A stretch of DNA of 24,771 bases from Macrostomum lignano (taxonomy: Eukaryota): contig NIVC01005149.1 of assembly GCA_002269645.1 (NCBI GenBank), positions 1 to 24,771 of the forward strand, read 5' to 3'. The notes below the pieces were generated by a model. That model saw only the letters and a list, made by a program, of their open reading frames with translations, was not told where the DNA came from and did not search any database. Numbering within the stretch: position 1 is the first letter of the stretch; the number at the start of each line of letters is the position of its first letter. A program made the position numbers and the translations under genes. This document shows positions 1 to 18,326 of this stretch, one piece after another.

Positions 1-458
1 CGTGGCCCCCCTCAATCACCAACTCTGGCCTTGGCGCCCCTCCCCCTAAAAGAAACTGGCACCCCTATAAGAAACTGGCGCCTCCCACTAAAGAAACTGG
101 CGCCCCCACTAAAAGAAACTGGCGCCCCCACTAAAAGAAACTGCGCCCCCCCACTAAAGAAACTGGCGCCCTCCTCCTATAAGAAACTGGCGCCCCCCCC
201 TAAAAGAAACTGGCGCCCCTCCTAAAACTGGCGCCCCCTAAAAAAAACTGGCGCCATTCCCTCCTAAAAATTGCGCCCAGGAAAAAAAACTGGCGCCCCT
301 TAAAAGAAACTGGCGCTCCCCATATAAGAAGCTGGCGCCCCCCTATAAGAAGCTGGCGCCCCCCCCCCTATAAGAAGCTGGCGCCCCCCCCTCCCTATAA
401 GAAGCTGGCGCCCCTAACTCACGCCCCCCCCCAATCAAAATTCCTGGCTACGCCCCTG
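1..458. mobile_element. Probable right end of a non-autonomous DNA transposon (MITE) with hAT/Tip100-like TIR and internal minisatellite
   Basis: Repeat array ends at CTGGCTACGCCCCTG (444-458), reverse complement CAGGGGCGTAGCCAG, resembling CAGGGGCGG-type hAT TIRs; partner TIR is outside the window. Confidence 0.5.
30..415. repeat. Minisatellite, about 18 degenerate copies of a ~20-24 bp unit (AAGAAACTGGCGCCCCCC-TA-like)
   Basis: Recurring AA(A/G)CTGGCGCC core every ~21 bp from 31 to ~412; the 64-aa ORF here is only the translated repeat. Confidence 0.95.
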
Positions 459-999
459 CAGTGGGCAATGGGCATTTTTATCCATTTTTGCGAATTGTCA
501 TAGAATCTATACTAGACATAATATTTGGTCATACTTATAGTAGTAAACATAGACGCAGCTTTTTGGGTCATATCATCGCTTTCGAAGCTGGTCTGACAGC
601 CACCTGCGCCTCACTCAGTGTTGAGGCAGGCGCCAGATGGTCTGAGAGGATGCGGGCGGTAGCTTTTTTCTCATCATTTTGACAGGCCATCAAGATTTAT
701 GAGGTCAGAGCCTATTGTTCGTGTTCACTCGAGCGTGTGACAGCTTCGACAGCTATGCGTTTTACCCCTAAAAGTACCTTGGGATTAGCGATTAGCGATT
801 TCTCTTCATTATCTTCACTTTCTATTTAATAAGAGCTTTCTAATGTATATTTTTTCATTCATTTTTTTCAAGTCTACGCGAAAAGTCATAAATCATTTTG
901 TTGCGATTTTGAGTGATTTATGGCCGCACTTGTCATCTCTTTACGACCCTGTGGGAACTGATAGGATCTCCCGTCACGTGATTTTGGGTGGCAACTACC

Positions 1000-1130
1000 T
1001 TAGCCAATCAGAAAATTCGGCGCTCATTTTAACAAATCGGCTCAGCCAATTAAAATCGACGTGTTCCATTATAACCAACTGCGGTCCAGTTGGCGGCTAT
1101 TTAAAGCGGTGTTTTTGGCCCGTTCAGACG
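1000..1130 (+). promoter_or_regulatory. Pol II promoter-like block (two CCAAT boxes, TATA-like box, Inr-like site), possibly from an LTR or other repeat
   Basis: CCAAT at 1004 and 1046, TATTTAAA at 1098-1105, TTCAGAC with A at 1126 (28 bp downstream of TATA); no downstream ORF with recognisable homology. Confidence 0.4.
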
Positions 1131-2547
1131 ACAACCTTCCTTGCGACCGGGTGCTACCCTTGGCTCCACCGGCCAGGGACTGACCGTCGTTTCTTGATCC
1201 CCGGATTGCGACTTCCCCCCGTCATCATCAAGGACGAATCCCCCGGTCATCAGCAGCGAACATCAAAGTGAAGAGCATCACCTGCTAGCTATCAGCGAAG
1301 ATTGTGACATCAGCATCATCCCGGGCCTACAGCTGCGAAGCACTAAGCCGATTCGGTCACTGTGGATTACCTGGTCTCCGTCTGTTTAGTTTCTGATTGG
1401 TTGGGTGAGAGGCTGCCTAGACTTGCTTGATTGGGTGATCCCCTATCTGTCCCCTGTTTCAGTAGCTGGATTAGGCGCACACTTTTGCTCATTTTGTTCA
1501 GTAGTGCTGTAATCGAGGCAGAAGTCATTCAATAATACTTCTAGTAGTCTAAAACTCCAATTCAATCTGAAGTGTGAAGTGATTTGAGGAGAAGGTTAAA
1601 TCTAACAGTTATTTTTATCGGTTTTAGTTCTTTGTTCGCCGATGGCTCAGATGAGTAGCTAAGCTAGTAGGCGCCGGTCACAGTGGACCAATGGCAAAGC
1701 AGTTCTCAGTCGATCAATCAATCAAATCAGTGAGCAAAACTGCCAGAAGTGCAGAATCGGCACCAGAGATGTACTTTGTGCACTCTAGGTTCGCCAAGCG
1801 GCTCGGGTAATGAATCGTGCGAGGTCTCTGAAGTTCGAGTTAGTCTATCATCAGCGCTATGAGAGGCTAGTTGGCGCGTTGAAGGCCAAAAGTACAATTC
1901 CTCGTATTTAGCAACGTAATGTAGCTACATGTATATGTAGCTACCCCATAGACTCGCCACTGCAAGAATCCCCTGCACAAGTCCCCTCTGTACCTGCATG
2001 GCCAATGCGATCAAGTCCCAGCAGTGTCCCTTATCATCGGCTATGACTTCGAGATAGACAGCACAAAGACACTAGTTGGCAGGTAAGTGCAAAGCCCCCT
2101 ATAGTCGGAAGCCCGATTTCGAGAGTCCCGGTGTGGTGAGCCAGGACGCACGGGCTGGTGGCAGCGAGTTAGCTTAGTCTGCGGATTAACTAATTTCTAC
2201 CTTCAAAATTCTCCCTGCTTGTCTCTCGCTATCCCTCTCTTAGCTATAGGACCTAGACTGCTGGCCACACGATCAAGCTACCATGGGGCTGACCATCTGA
2301 CAGGAGTGGGGGGCCAGGACTCTAATTGATTTATTTCTGAGACCTAAGGCCCGAAGGCTTCCCCAAAAGGGGGCCAGAAGGTCGAAACCCATCACATAAA
2401 TGCAGGTGAAAAATCCGAGCTTTAATCTAAGACTCGGAACGACCTCAAGAGATTGTAGTAATCTACACGAACTACACTATAGTGAACTACACGAAAACTT
2501 AAGAGTTGAATAGCCATTATATTTTATGAATTAACAATGGATAAATA

Positions 2548-2640
2548 ATCAGCGGTCCCAGTGCGTGACAACGATTGTCTGGCGAGCGCCGGTAGGCGCG
2601 AGCCATAGACAAATCGTTGTCACGTGCTGCGACCGCTGAT
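2548..2640. repeat. 93-bp imperfect palindrome (hairpin)
   Basis: ATCAGCGGTC...CGTGACAACGAT...GGCGAGCGCC-ggta-GGCGCGAGCC...ATCGTTGTCACG...GACCGCTGAT; arms are reverse complements with few mismatches. Confidence 0.85.
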
Positions 2641-3169
2641 TCTTTGCATTGTTTTTCTGTTTGACGATCCTACAGACAATGCATTGTTTGTAGTAATGGA
2701 TTGTTCTGCATTAAAAATGTGAATAATGATCGTCAAATTGCTAAACAATGAAAAGGATTGGGGCGAAAAACTTAATCACGAGAAAGAACTGTAAAAGGAA
2801 ATTAGTCTATGGCCGTTTCCGTTTCTTTCTGTCTGTGTCCCAAAGTCCCCGGCTTCGAGCTCGCTTCTAGGCCTCGGCTGCGCCTCGGCCAAGAAACGCG
2901 CTCTCAGTCGAGTAATTCGGGCCAAAGAAGGGAAGAAGCGGAAAGAACTTATATGTAGGACTCGCCAACCGGCGATAGGCAATAGAATTAATATTTTTTG
3001 AATCTCCAATCGATCCAAAAGGTTTGTCTAGGGCCTAAACCTATTTACCGTATCGAAATATATCAAATATTACAAGAAGGAGGCGTGCGTGGATTTCGTG
3101 TGCGTTTTTAGGTCCACACATAACTCTCACGAGAGAGACAGTAATAAGCACGCTCAGTTCTAAGGTGCG

Positions 3170-12059
<8,890 letters not shown>

Positions 12060-12242
12060 GAAAAAGTATTCTTCACTGATAGTAGCTGCATTTCATTTTT
12101 TATCAAAAAAGAATTTCCTAAAAAGTAGTTTTGCATGATCGACACAAAGATTTACTCACTTACTGGATTTTTAATTAAGTTGTCTTTTACTAGGAAGCAT
12201 TAAAGCATATTATTTTTCTTAACGATGCTACGAGAAAAGACA

Positions 12243-12248
12243 AATAAA
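12243..12248 (+). promoter_or_regulatory. Candidate polyadenylation signal of PIG-W
   Basis: AATAAA about 185 bp after the stop codon in an AT-rich 3' region. Confidence 0.45.
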
Positions 12249-12343
12249 AGAATACTTTGGTTTCAACGAGTTGCTAAAATATACACTTTGTAGAATATTT
12301 GAGTGACTGAAGCATCTTTGTTACTTTGAGTGACTGAAGCATC

Positions 12344-12634
12344 TGTTGGGGTTGTACTTTGGTTTTTACGTTGTTTCACTGTCTCTTTCTCTCTCTCCCT
12401 CCCGTGACTGATCATTCTTGCGCGCTATCGTTTTACCCCTACCCGTTGGTACATTTGCGCTTGCCAGTGTACATGGTTTTAACCCCCAGCCAATTAGATC
12501 GCGTTTGTCTATTAATGTACGTGGTTTCGCGTTATGAAGTCAAATAAATACTTTCGTCACTTCGGTAGAGTTCTTTCAATGGTATTCTCCTTCGCTTGCA
12601 AACATGACCTGACTCAGTTTAGCCTAGACTAACA
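12344..12634 (+). repeat. 5' LTR (291 bp)
   Basis: TGTTG...TAACA inverted termini, internal AATAAA at 12543, directly followed by a PBS. Confidence 0.8.
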
Positions 12635-12637
12635 TTT

Positions 12638-12652
12638 TGGCGTCACGAGCAG
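12638..12652 (+). promoter_or_regulatory. Primer-binding site, tRNA-Ser(CGA)-type
   Basis: TGGCGTCACGAGCAG complements the ...CUGUUCGUGACG-CCA 3' end of a eukaryotic tRNA-Ser (one G-U pair). Confidence 0.75.
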
Positions 12653-12653
12653 A

Positions 12654-13761
12654 ATGAGCATCAAATTGAGAGAGACGCTGCCGTTGAGCAACATAGATGA
12701 GCTTCGCGCCTGGGTTGAAGTATTTGACGCCCAGGCCAGATCCAAAGGAGTCGAAGATACCGACGAGAGACGAGCGCTGACCGAGGCTTTTATGGGCTGC
12801 CTCGGGGTCGCTGAGCTCATAAAAGTCAAGCAGCTCGTTGCTCCATTGCTCCAAAAACCCCGTCTGAGATGAAATGGTCTGAAATCAAGCAATGCCTATT
12901 GGCGTTTGTGGAACCCAAGAAGAAACTGCAGATCGCTGAGAGGACAGCTTTCATGTCTATGCGCCAGGCCGAAGGCGAAACCGTCACCAGCTATGCCGCT
13001 CGTCTCAGGGAGCAAGCCGTCGTATGCGAGTTCGAGAGCCTGAAAAAGGAAGGAGCGGACCCCGTCGAAGCGCTCATCAAGATGCGGCTCATTGCCGGTC
13101 TGGCCAACTCGAACATCAGGAACAAGGTGCTCGAGCGTGAAGTGACTCAAGAACTGACGGTCGATCAGGTCACAGAATATGTTCAGCAGCTGCAGATGGT
13201 CAGCAACTTTTCAGCTGGGTCCCTGGCTGCTGCTCACTCGACTCTCGTGGATTCGGTGGTGCACCAGGCTAGGTCGCTGTCGACCGCGGGTCTGACTACG
13301 GCTGATGAAGCTCACTGCCATCCGGATAGCTCCGGCTCTGTCAACGTTAATTCGGTTATGAGGCAGAAGCAGAACTTCGGACACCAGCGCTGTCAGCGTT
13401 GCGGGTTGAGATCGCACCAGAAGCCCGCTGACTGCCGAGCCCTGAGAGCCACCTGCAATCAATGTGGAAAGCCTGGCCACTTTGTCCGTGTGTGTCGCGG
13501 TGCCAGGACCCACTTCGCTGCCCCAGCTGAAGCAGTCCGCACTCAGCTGAGTCCAGAAGACTCATATCGTGATGAGCTCGTAATCTACTGTGGAGAAGGA
13601 AAGCCTGCCGAGTTCTGCACTGTGAAAATCAATCACAGAGAAGTACTGATGGAGAAGGACATCGGTGCCTCCTGCTCGTTAATCTCACGAAGGATCTGGA
13701 ATGAGCTCGGAAGGCCCCCGCTGAAGTCGGCGAAGTCGCGCATGCTGGCGTATGACGGACA
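12654..13761 (+). pseudogene. Gypsy gag-protease, frameshifted by an 8-bp duplication and truncated in the protease
   Basis: AERTAFMSMRQAEGETVTSYAARLREQAVVCEF (Mag-like gag), CQRCGLRSH...C and CNQCGKPGHFVRVC knuckles, MEKDIGAS (degenerate DTG site), ends at LAYDG. Confidence 0.88.
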
Positions 13762-13789
13762 AGTAGAAGGCATGAGGGGGCTTCTGGGA

Positions 13790-14045
13790 CAAAATTTTTC
13801 ACCTCCTCCATAATCCCATTAAATCCATCCATATTATCCCTGACAGAATCAGAAAAAAGGGGGGTCGCACCTGCTCCAAAAACTTCGTCCATAATCCACC
13901 TAAATCCATCCATATTATCCCTGACAGAATCAGAAAAAAGGGGGGTCGCACTCGCTCACAAAACATCCTCCACAATCCTATTAAATCCATCCATATTATC
14001 CCTGACAGAATCAGAGCATTATCCCTGACAGAATCAGAGCATAAC
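13790..14045. repeat. Subterminal tandem repeats of the Polinton left end (81-bp unit x ~3, plus a ~22-bp duplication); likely part of the TIR
   Basis: TAAATCCATCCATATTATCCCTGACAGAATCAGA at 13820, 13901 and 13982; extra ATTATCCCTGACAGAATCAGAGC at ~14018. Confidence 0.9.
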
Positions 14046-14240
14046 AGTAGGACACCTGTTATGCTCACTGACACTGACATAATCCACTGACATCCACCCA
14101 TAACATTTCTAAAACAATCAGAAAAATAATCTGCATTCTTCTCCCCACATTCAATTCGCAACGTGCTACCAGATCCCTAAGACTTTAAATCATCAGCGCA
14201 GGGTCCTTACCCATTGAAAAAAATTAAATTCTCAATAAAA

Positions 14241-14480
14241 ATGTTTCCAGTTGTCTCTCCAGGTTCTTATTACAAAACGCACGAGCCTAATTACAAGAGT
14301 AAGTACCGATGCAAACTTGAATGCAGCGAATACATGAGAAAATATTGGTCCGACGTTCAAATCAATGTCCCTAATATTAATCAAGCTCTCCAAAGACATT
14401 GGTTTCATAAGTATGGAGTAACCTACGTAACAGATTACGACAGCTACTATAACTTTGCAGAAATCATTAGGCAGTTGTGA
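14241..14480 (+). CDS. Small orphan ORF (79 aa from ATG 14241), aromatic/basic
   Basis: Open frame with the same TAAAA-ATG context as other viral genes; stop lies 4 bp from the minor capsid stop (convergent); no homology recognised. Confidence 0.5.
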   Translation: MFPVVSPGSYYKTHEPNYKSKYRCKLECSEYMRKYWSDVQINVPNINQALQRHWFHKYGVTYVTDYDSYYNFAEIIRQL

Positions 14481-14484
14481 TTTC

Positions 14485-15348
14485 TCACATTCTCTCAATG
14501 ATTAACGTCAATACAAACTCTTCCCCATTAAAATCAACGCCCATCCCATCTTCAGTCTCAAACTGAAGCACAATCTCGTGAATCTCCTTATTACTCAATA
14601 CAACTCTTTTCACTGGATTTGGTTTCTCTACCACCATCTGTCCTCCAGCTACAGAGTTGGAGATGTTGTACAAAATATTAGTTCGCTTTCCCTTAAATAC
14701 CCAATCAAGACTGAGATTAGTTCTGATTAGAATATTCAAACCCTTTACAATGTCTGCTATATTGGGTGCTAAGAACAAACCGCGTACACTTTCCCGGGCC
14801 ATGCTAACGGCCCCCGATGCTTGAGTGACAGTCCGCGCTGTGGATTCTGCCTTACAAACTTTCTTCACGAATCCCAATTCCCTATACCAAGTGTCATCTT
14901 TAAACTCAACCTCCGCATCTTTGTGAACTTGCATGACCACTCTCATTACAGTGAGATCATAGGTTAGTTTAACAGGGAACAGTTTCTTCTCTGGCTTACT
15001 CATATCAGGTGTCTCAAAATGGCCTCTTTTAGTAAAGACGTTTTCTAGAAAGTAATTGTAGGTATCCACACTTTGCGTGCTCACAGGGAATACCACAGGT
15101 TCTGCTGCTGCACCTTTCCATTTGTAATAAAACTTATTATTTGCTGCCGTCACATTGGGAACGTTTGACCAACCAGTGAAGTCGTTAAGATAGACATGGT
15201 AATTAGCACCTGGATCCAGGCTAATCGCCTGCTCTAATTTTTGAACAAATATCCCGTTTGAGTCATTAATCCGCCCAGTTATTGTAATAGGAATGCTCTC
15301 CTTGGAGTGCGAAATAATATTGTTTAGTCTTTCGGCTATAGCTTCCAT
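14485..15348 (-). CDS. Minor capsid protein (penton, single jelly-roll; Polinton PX-like)
   Basis: Motifs GWSNVPNV...NNKFYY and C-terminal IHEIVLQFETEDGMGVDFNGEEFVLTLII typical of Polinton pentons; directly downstream of the MCP; ATG at 15348 preferred over GTG at 15363. Confidence 0.85.
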   Translation of the reverse strand: MEAIAERLNNIISHSKESIPITITGRINDSNGIFVQKLEQAISLDPGANYHVYLNDFTGWSNVPNVTAANNKFYYKWKGAAAEPVVFPVSTQSVDTYNYFLENVFTKRGHFETPDMSKPEKKLFPVKLTYDLTVMRVVMQVHKDAEVEFKDDTWYRELGFVKKVCKAESTARTVTQASGAVSMARESVRGLFLAPNIADIVKGLNILIRTNLSLDWVFKGKRTNILYNISNSVAGGQMVVEKPNPVKRVVLSNKEIHEIVLQFETEDGMGVDFNGEEFVLTLIIERM

Positions 15349-15373
15349 TTTTTTCACCCACAAAAAAAAATAT

Positions 15374-16660
15374 TTAAACTTTACTGGATGAATTGTTGAT
15401 CATGTTAAGCTTCACCTTCCTCTCAAATGCATAGATAATGTACAGGTCCACGGGTGTTGCGACAGTCCTCTCAATGTTAGTCACGATATTCACAGGGCTG
15501 TTATCAGTAGGCATTTGTCTGGCAGACACATCAGCGCCAAACATTGGATATAGAGTTCCATATTGAAGAGCAGTGATAGCAATTCCATTGTTCTCTTTCA
15601 CAGCCAAGTCGACCAACTCGCTGTAAAATTTGCTAATCTTGTTCTGACTGAAATCTCCATTTTGTGGCAGTGCAGGGTAAAGATTATCACTGATTTCATG
15701 CTGAATGGACCGCACGTCTCCATGCATGTAGCGTATAATGCTATTTGGGTTTCTCATGTTAATAATAATATACCGTGGATTGCTGCATGATCCCTCTTTA
15801 ATGCAGATGTTTGTTCTAGTTTCGTTTCGCTCATCTCGACACATGTAGGCCGTGTATGCAACATCAATGTCCTTCTCTATTGCCTTAAGATAATCCGCTT
15901 TTAGTGCAGTCTTTGGCTCAATGACTTCCAAATACAGCTCGATTCCGGTTAGCTTCACCTCCATCCTTGTGTGATCCGCCCCAGTCCACAACACTCTACT
16001 GCGATCATCTCTAGTCATCCTAAAGGTGTAGCTAAAGTTACTAGTCAGTCGATTAAATGTATTACAGAATCCACTCATGAATCTCAGTGGTACAAATACA
16101 TCAACAGACCGATACAGCGGGTTTTTAGCAGCATCATCTGCACCTTGCAATGCATAGTTGTATCTCTTCTTCCTCTTTTTATAGCCACTGTCATTGGTGT
16201 CTCCTTCTTTTTCATCTGCGATAAAACCCGCACCACTTCCCAACTGAATAAAATCAGGATTCTCGATCAAACAATGAGCGTCATAGACAATTCCAAAGTT
16301 GGCGATTCGCTCCAACTCAGTGCTCCCATTCGATACACTAAACTCCTTGAACATGTACGCCCAAAAGTTACTGATCAGAGCCACATCCGCATCATGCTTG
16401 TCAACGTTAGCACGAGCCGCATCCGCACCACCCTTTGTCTTGAATTGAAATGTCATATGGAAGCCGCTCTTAAGACTGTGCACACTAACCAAAGACGAAC
16501 ATCCATTGTATGTAAATGTCAGTGTTTGGCCAGGACCAAGATTAGTTTCATTCTGATTTTCCTGACTGGGAACTCTTACCTGAGTCGCTTTGATTGTGCT
16601 ATCATCACTCAAAATAGGCTTGTTAATTTTGTAGAAAACTGGTGTCAGTGGGTCGTTCAT
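15374..16660 (-). CDS. Major capsid protein (double jelly-roll; Polinton PY/hexon-like), 428 aa
   Basis: Size, beta-rich pattern, ISNFWAYMFKEFSVSNGSTELERI and YPMFGADVS segments resembling Polinton MCP motifs; context. Confidence 0.85.
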   Translation of the reverse strand: MNDPLTPVFYKINKPILSDDSTIKATQVRVPSQENQNETNLGPGQTLTFTYNGCSSLVSVHSLKSGFHMTFQFKTKGGADAARANVDKHDADVALISNFWAYMFKEFSVSNGSTELERIANFGIVYDAHCLIENPDFIQLGSGAGFIADEKEGDTNDSGYKKRKKRYNYALQGADDAAKNPLYRSVDVFVPLRFMSGFCNTFNRLTSNFSYTFRMTRDDRSRVLWTGADHTRMEVKLTGIELYLEVIEPKTALKADYLKAIEKDIDVAYTAYMCRDERNETRTNICIKEGSCSNPRYIIINMRNPNSIIRYMHGDVRSIQHEISDNLYPALPQNGDFSQNKISKFYSELVDLAVKENNGIAITALQYGTLYPMFGADVSARQMPTDNSPVNIVTNIERTVATPVDLYIIYAFERKVKLNMINNSSSKV

Positions 16661-16690
16661 TTTTTAACTAAAAATAAAATAAAATAAGAA

Positions 16691-17875
16691 ATGAAGCGAA
16701 AAAGTACACAGCAGATATCTGAATTGGAGAAGCTAGCACAAGCAGAGAAACGAGTTACCGGGCTAATAAATAAGGAGCAACAATCCTACAATGAGTTTGT
16801 CCAAGCAGCCACCGAATTTCACAAACCCGGATACACAGAAGCGAAGAAAAACCTCGACACTGTGAAGGAAGCAGTTGATGATATTCAAGAGAGCCACTTG
16901 CAAAACACATTGGGTAAAATCCCATCTTCACCAGGACAACCACAGGCTCAGGAACCAGGACAACCGGTGCAGATGAAAGTGACGGATAACTTTTTTGGCC
17001 CCGTAGTGGATGATGGAAAATATATTTTTGGAATTAGCGCCTGGCGAAAAGAAATTACCAAGGAACCGGTGGATTACAACATTGAAGTGACAAAGGAAAA
17101 CATTTCAATCAATAAAGGCGCAAAAACTAAAAGAATCCAGTTCACTCAAACTTTACTTGATTACATGACTAAAAATCTAGAGAATACGTCTAAAAAGCAG
17201 CTCAAAAATTACAAAGATCTTGTTACCTTTGCTCTCGATAGGGATATAGATATGCTCAAGAACAACGGTGTTTTGAAAATTTTACATGAAAACGGGATTG
17301 TCTTGAACAGATTTAGAAAATACAAATACTTTAAACAATGGTTTGGTTTGCCGGATCAGGAAGAGGTCATAAGACAACAACAACAACAACAACAGCAACA
17401 ACAGCAACCGCCACAACAGCAGCAACATTTCACAGAAGAACAAGTACTCAGGCAACTGGAAAATGCAGATCCGACTCAAGTAGCTAAGTATAAAAATGAT
17501 CACCCAACAGACTGGCAACACTTAGAACAACACTCTCCAGATCGAATGAACAGAATCAAGCAAAGAGTTTTCACACCTCAACAAAGACAGGCGCCACATG
17601 ACAGTTCCATCTCTGAAAGTGAGCAGTCTTTTGGATCACCTCCCCAGCAGCCACAAGCCCAACCAACTCCACAACCCCAAGACCAACCACCCAAATCTGG
17701 AAAAGGAATAGCTGAAATCTACAAGCGAGTAGCGGTTCTTCTAGGAGCGGCAAAGACCGGAATGAAAGACGAGAATAGAAAAGAATTTGTCAACATCCTG
17801 GACAAAATGCTTGAGAGAAAATACATCGATAAAAGGGCGAGAGAGCTTCTGCTTTCGCGGTTCAACAAAAAATAA
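16691..17875 (+). CDS. 394-aa protein with polyQ/Pro-Gln tract and a C-terminal helical motif of a kind seen in Polinton/adintovirus proteins
   Basis: Long intact ORF; (CAA)n at ~17373-17425; C-terminal SGKG-IAEIYKRVAVLLGAAKTG...EFVNILDKMLERKYI. Confidence 0.75.
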   Translation: MKRKSTQQISELEKLAQAEKRVTGLINKEQQSYNEFVQAATEFHKPGYTEAKKNLDTVKEAVDDIQESHLQNTLGKIPSSPGQPQAQEPGQPVQMKVTDNFFGPVVDDGKYIFGISAWRKEITKEPVDYNIEVTKENISINKGAKTKRIQFTQTLLDYMTKNLENTSKKQLKNYKDLVTFALDRDIDMLKNNGVLKILHENGIVLNRFRKYKYFKQWFGLPDQEEVIRQQQQQQQQQQQPPQQQQHFTEEQVLRQLENADPTQVAKYKNDHPTDWQHLEQHSPDRMNRIKQRVFTPQQRQAPHDSSISESEQSFGSPPQQPQAQPTPQPQDQPPKSGKGIAEIYKRVAVLLGAAKTGMKDENRKEFVNILDKMLERKYIDKRARELLLSRFNKK

Positions 17876-17891
17876 TTTATTTCAAGTAAAA

Positions 17892-18278
17892 ATGCCACTT
17901 ATTTTCGAAAAAGACATTGACAAATACTATGACAAAGAGGAACTTAATCTTATTAAACGCGGATCTGGACTTTTCCCTGCAGGCCACTATCCAAGAAAAG
18001 AGCGCTCCGGGAATGGCCTTGCCGATTTGATCGCTCAGGGGGCTAAGATTTTTAAGGTCATTGGAGAGAACAAAGAGAACATCAAGAACGTTGCCGAAGC
18101 GGCTGGCAGTGTAGCCACAGCAGCCAAAAAGATAAAGGATACTGTAACACCTAAACAAGAGATTCAACCTCTGGCTCCGCTGGCCCCGCTGGCCCCAAAC
18201 CCAGACAGTGTGGACCCTGCAGTCTATGAGAAGATGAGAGCAAGCATTAAAAAAGGAAGTGGTTTCAAATTTGACTAA
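17892..18278 (+). CDS. 128-aa putative virion core protein precursor (pVII/pX-like)
   Basis: ATG at 17892 in TAAAA-ATG context; three GxG-hydrophobic motifs (RGSG-LF, SGNG-LA, KGSG-FK); amphipathic Ala/Lys segment. Confidence 0.6.
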   Translation: MPLIFEKDIDKYYDKEELNLIKRGSGLFPAGHYPRKERSGNGLADLIAQGAKIFKVIGENKENIKNVAEAAGSVATAAKKIKDTVTPKQEIQPLAPLAPLAPNPDSVDPAVYEKMRASIKKGSGFKFD

Positions 18279-18326
18279 AGGTACTTTCCGAGGGTACAAG
18301 AAATGTAAAGGTACAAGACTAGTCTC

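Larger units (their letters stand above)
12344..13761 (+). mobile_element. 5' portion of a Ty3/Gypsy (Mag-like) LTR retrotransposon, interrupted by the Polinton
   Basis: LTR, PBS, gag with two Zn knuckles and aspartic protease in correct order; coding similarity stops abruptly at 13761. Confidence 0.88.

Noticed and set aside
843-1271. 142-aa ORF
   Set aside because: No recognisable homology, and it runs through promoter-like non-coding sequence
2334-2390. Hammerhead-ribozyme-like CTGA-GACC...GGTC-GAAAC with a stem
   Set aside because: The core lacks the required CUGANGA spacing; at best a degenerate remnant
13629-14161. Minus-strand ORFs with ILSGIIWMD repeats
   Set aside because: Translation of the 81-bp terminal repeats
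15971-16687. 238-aa ORF antisense to the major capsid gene
   Set aside because: GTG start, no motifs, fully explained as an antisense shadow; not strictly excluded without expression data
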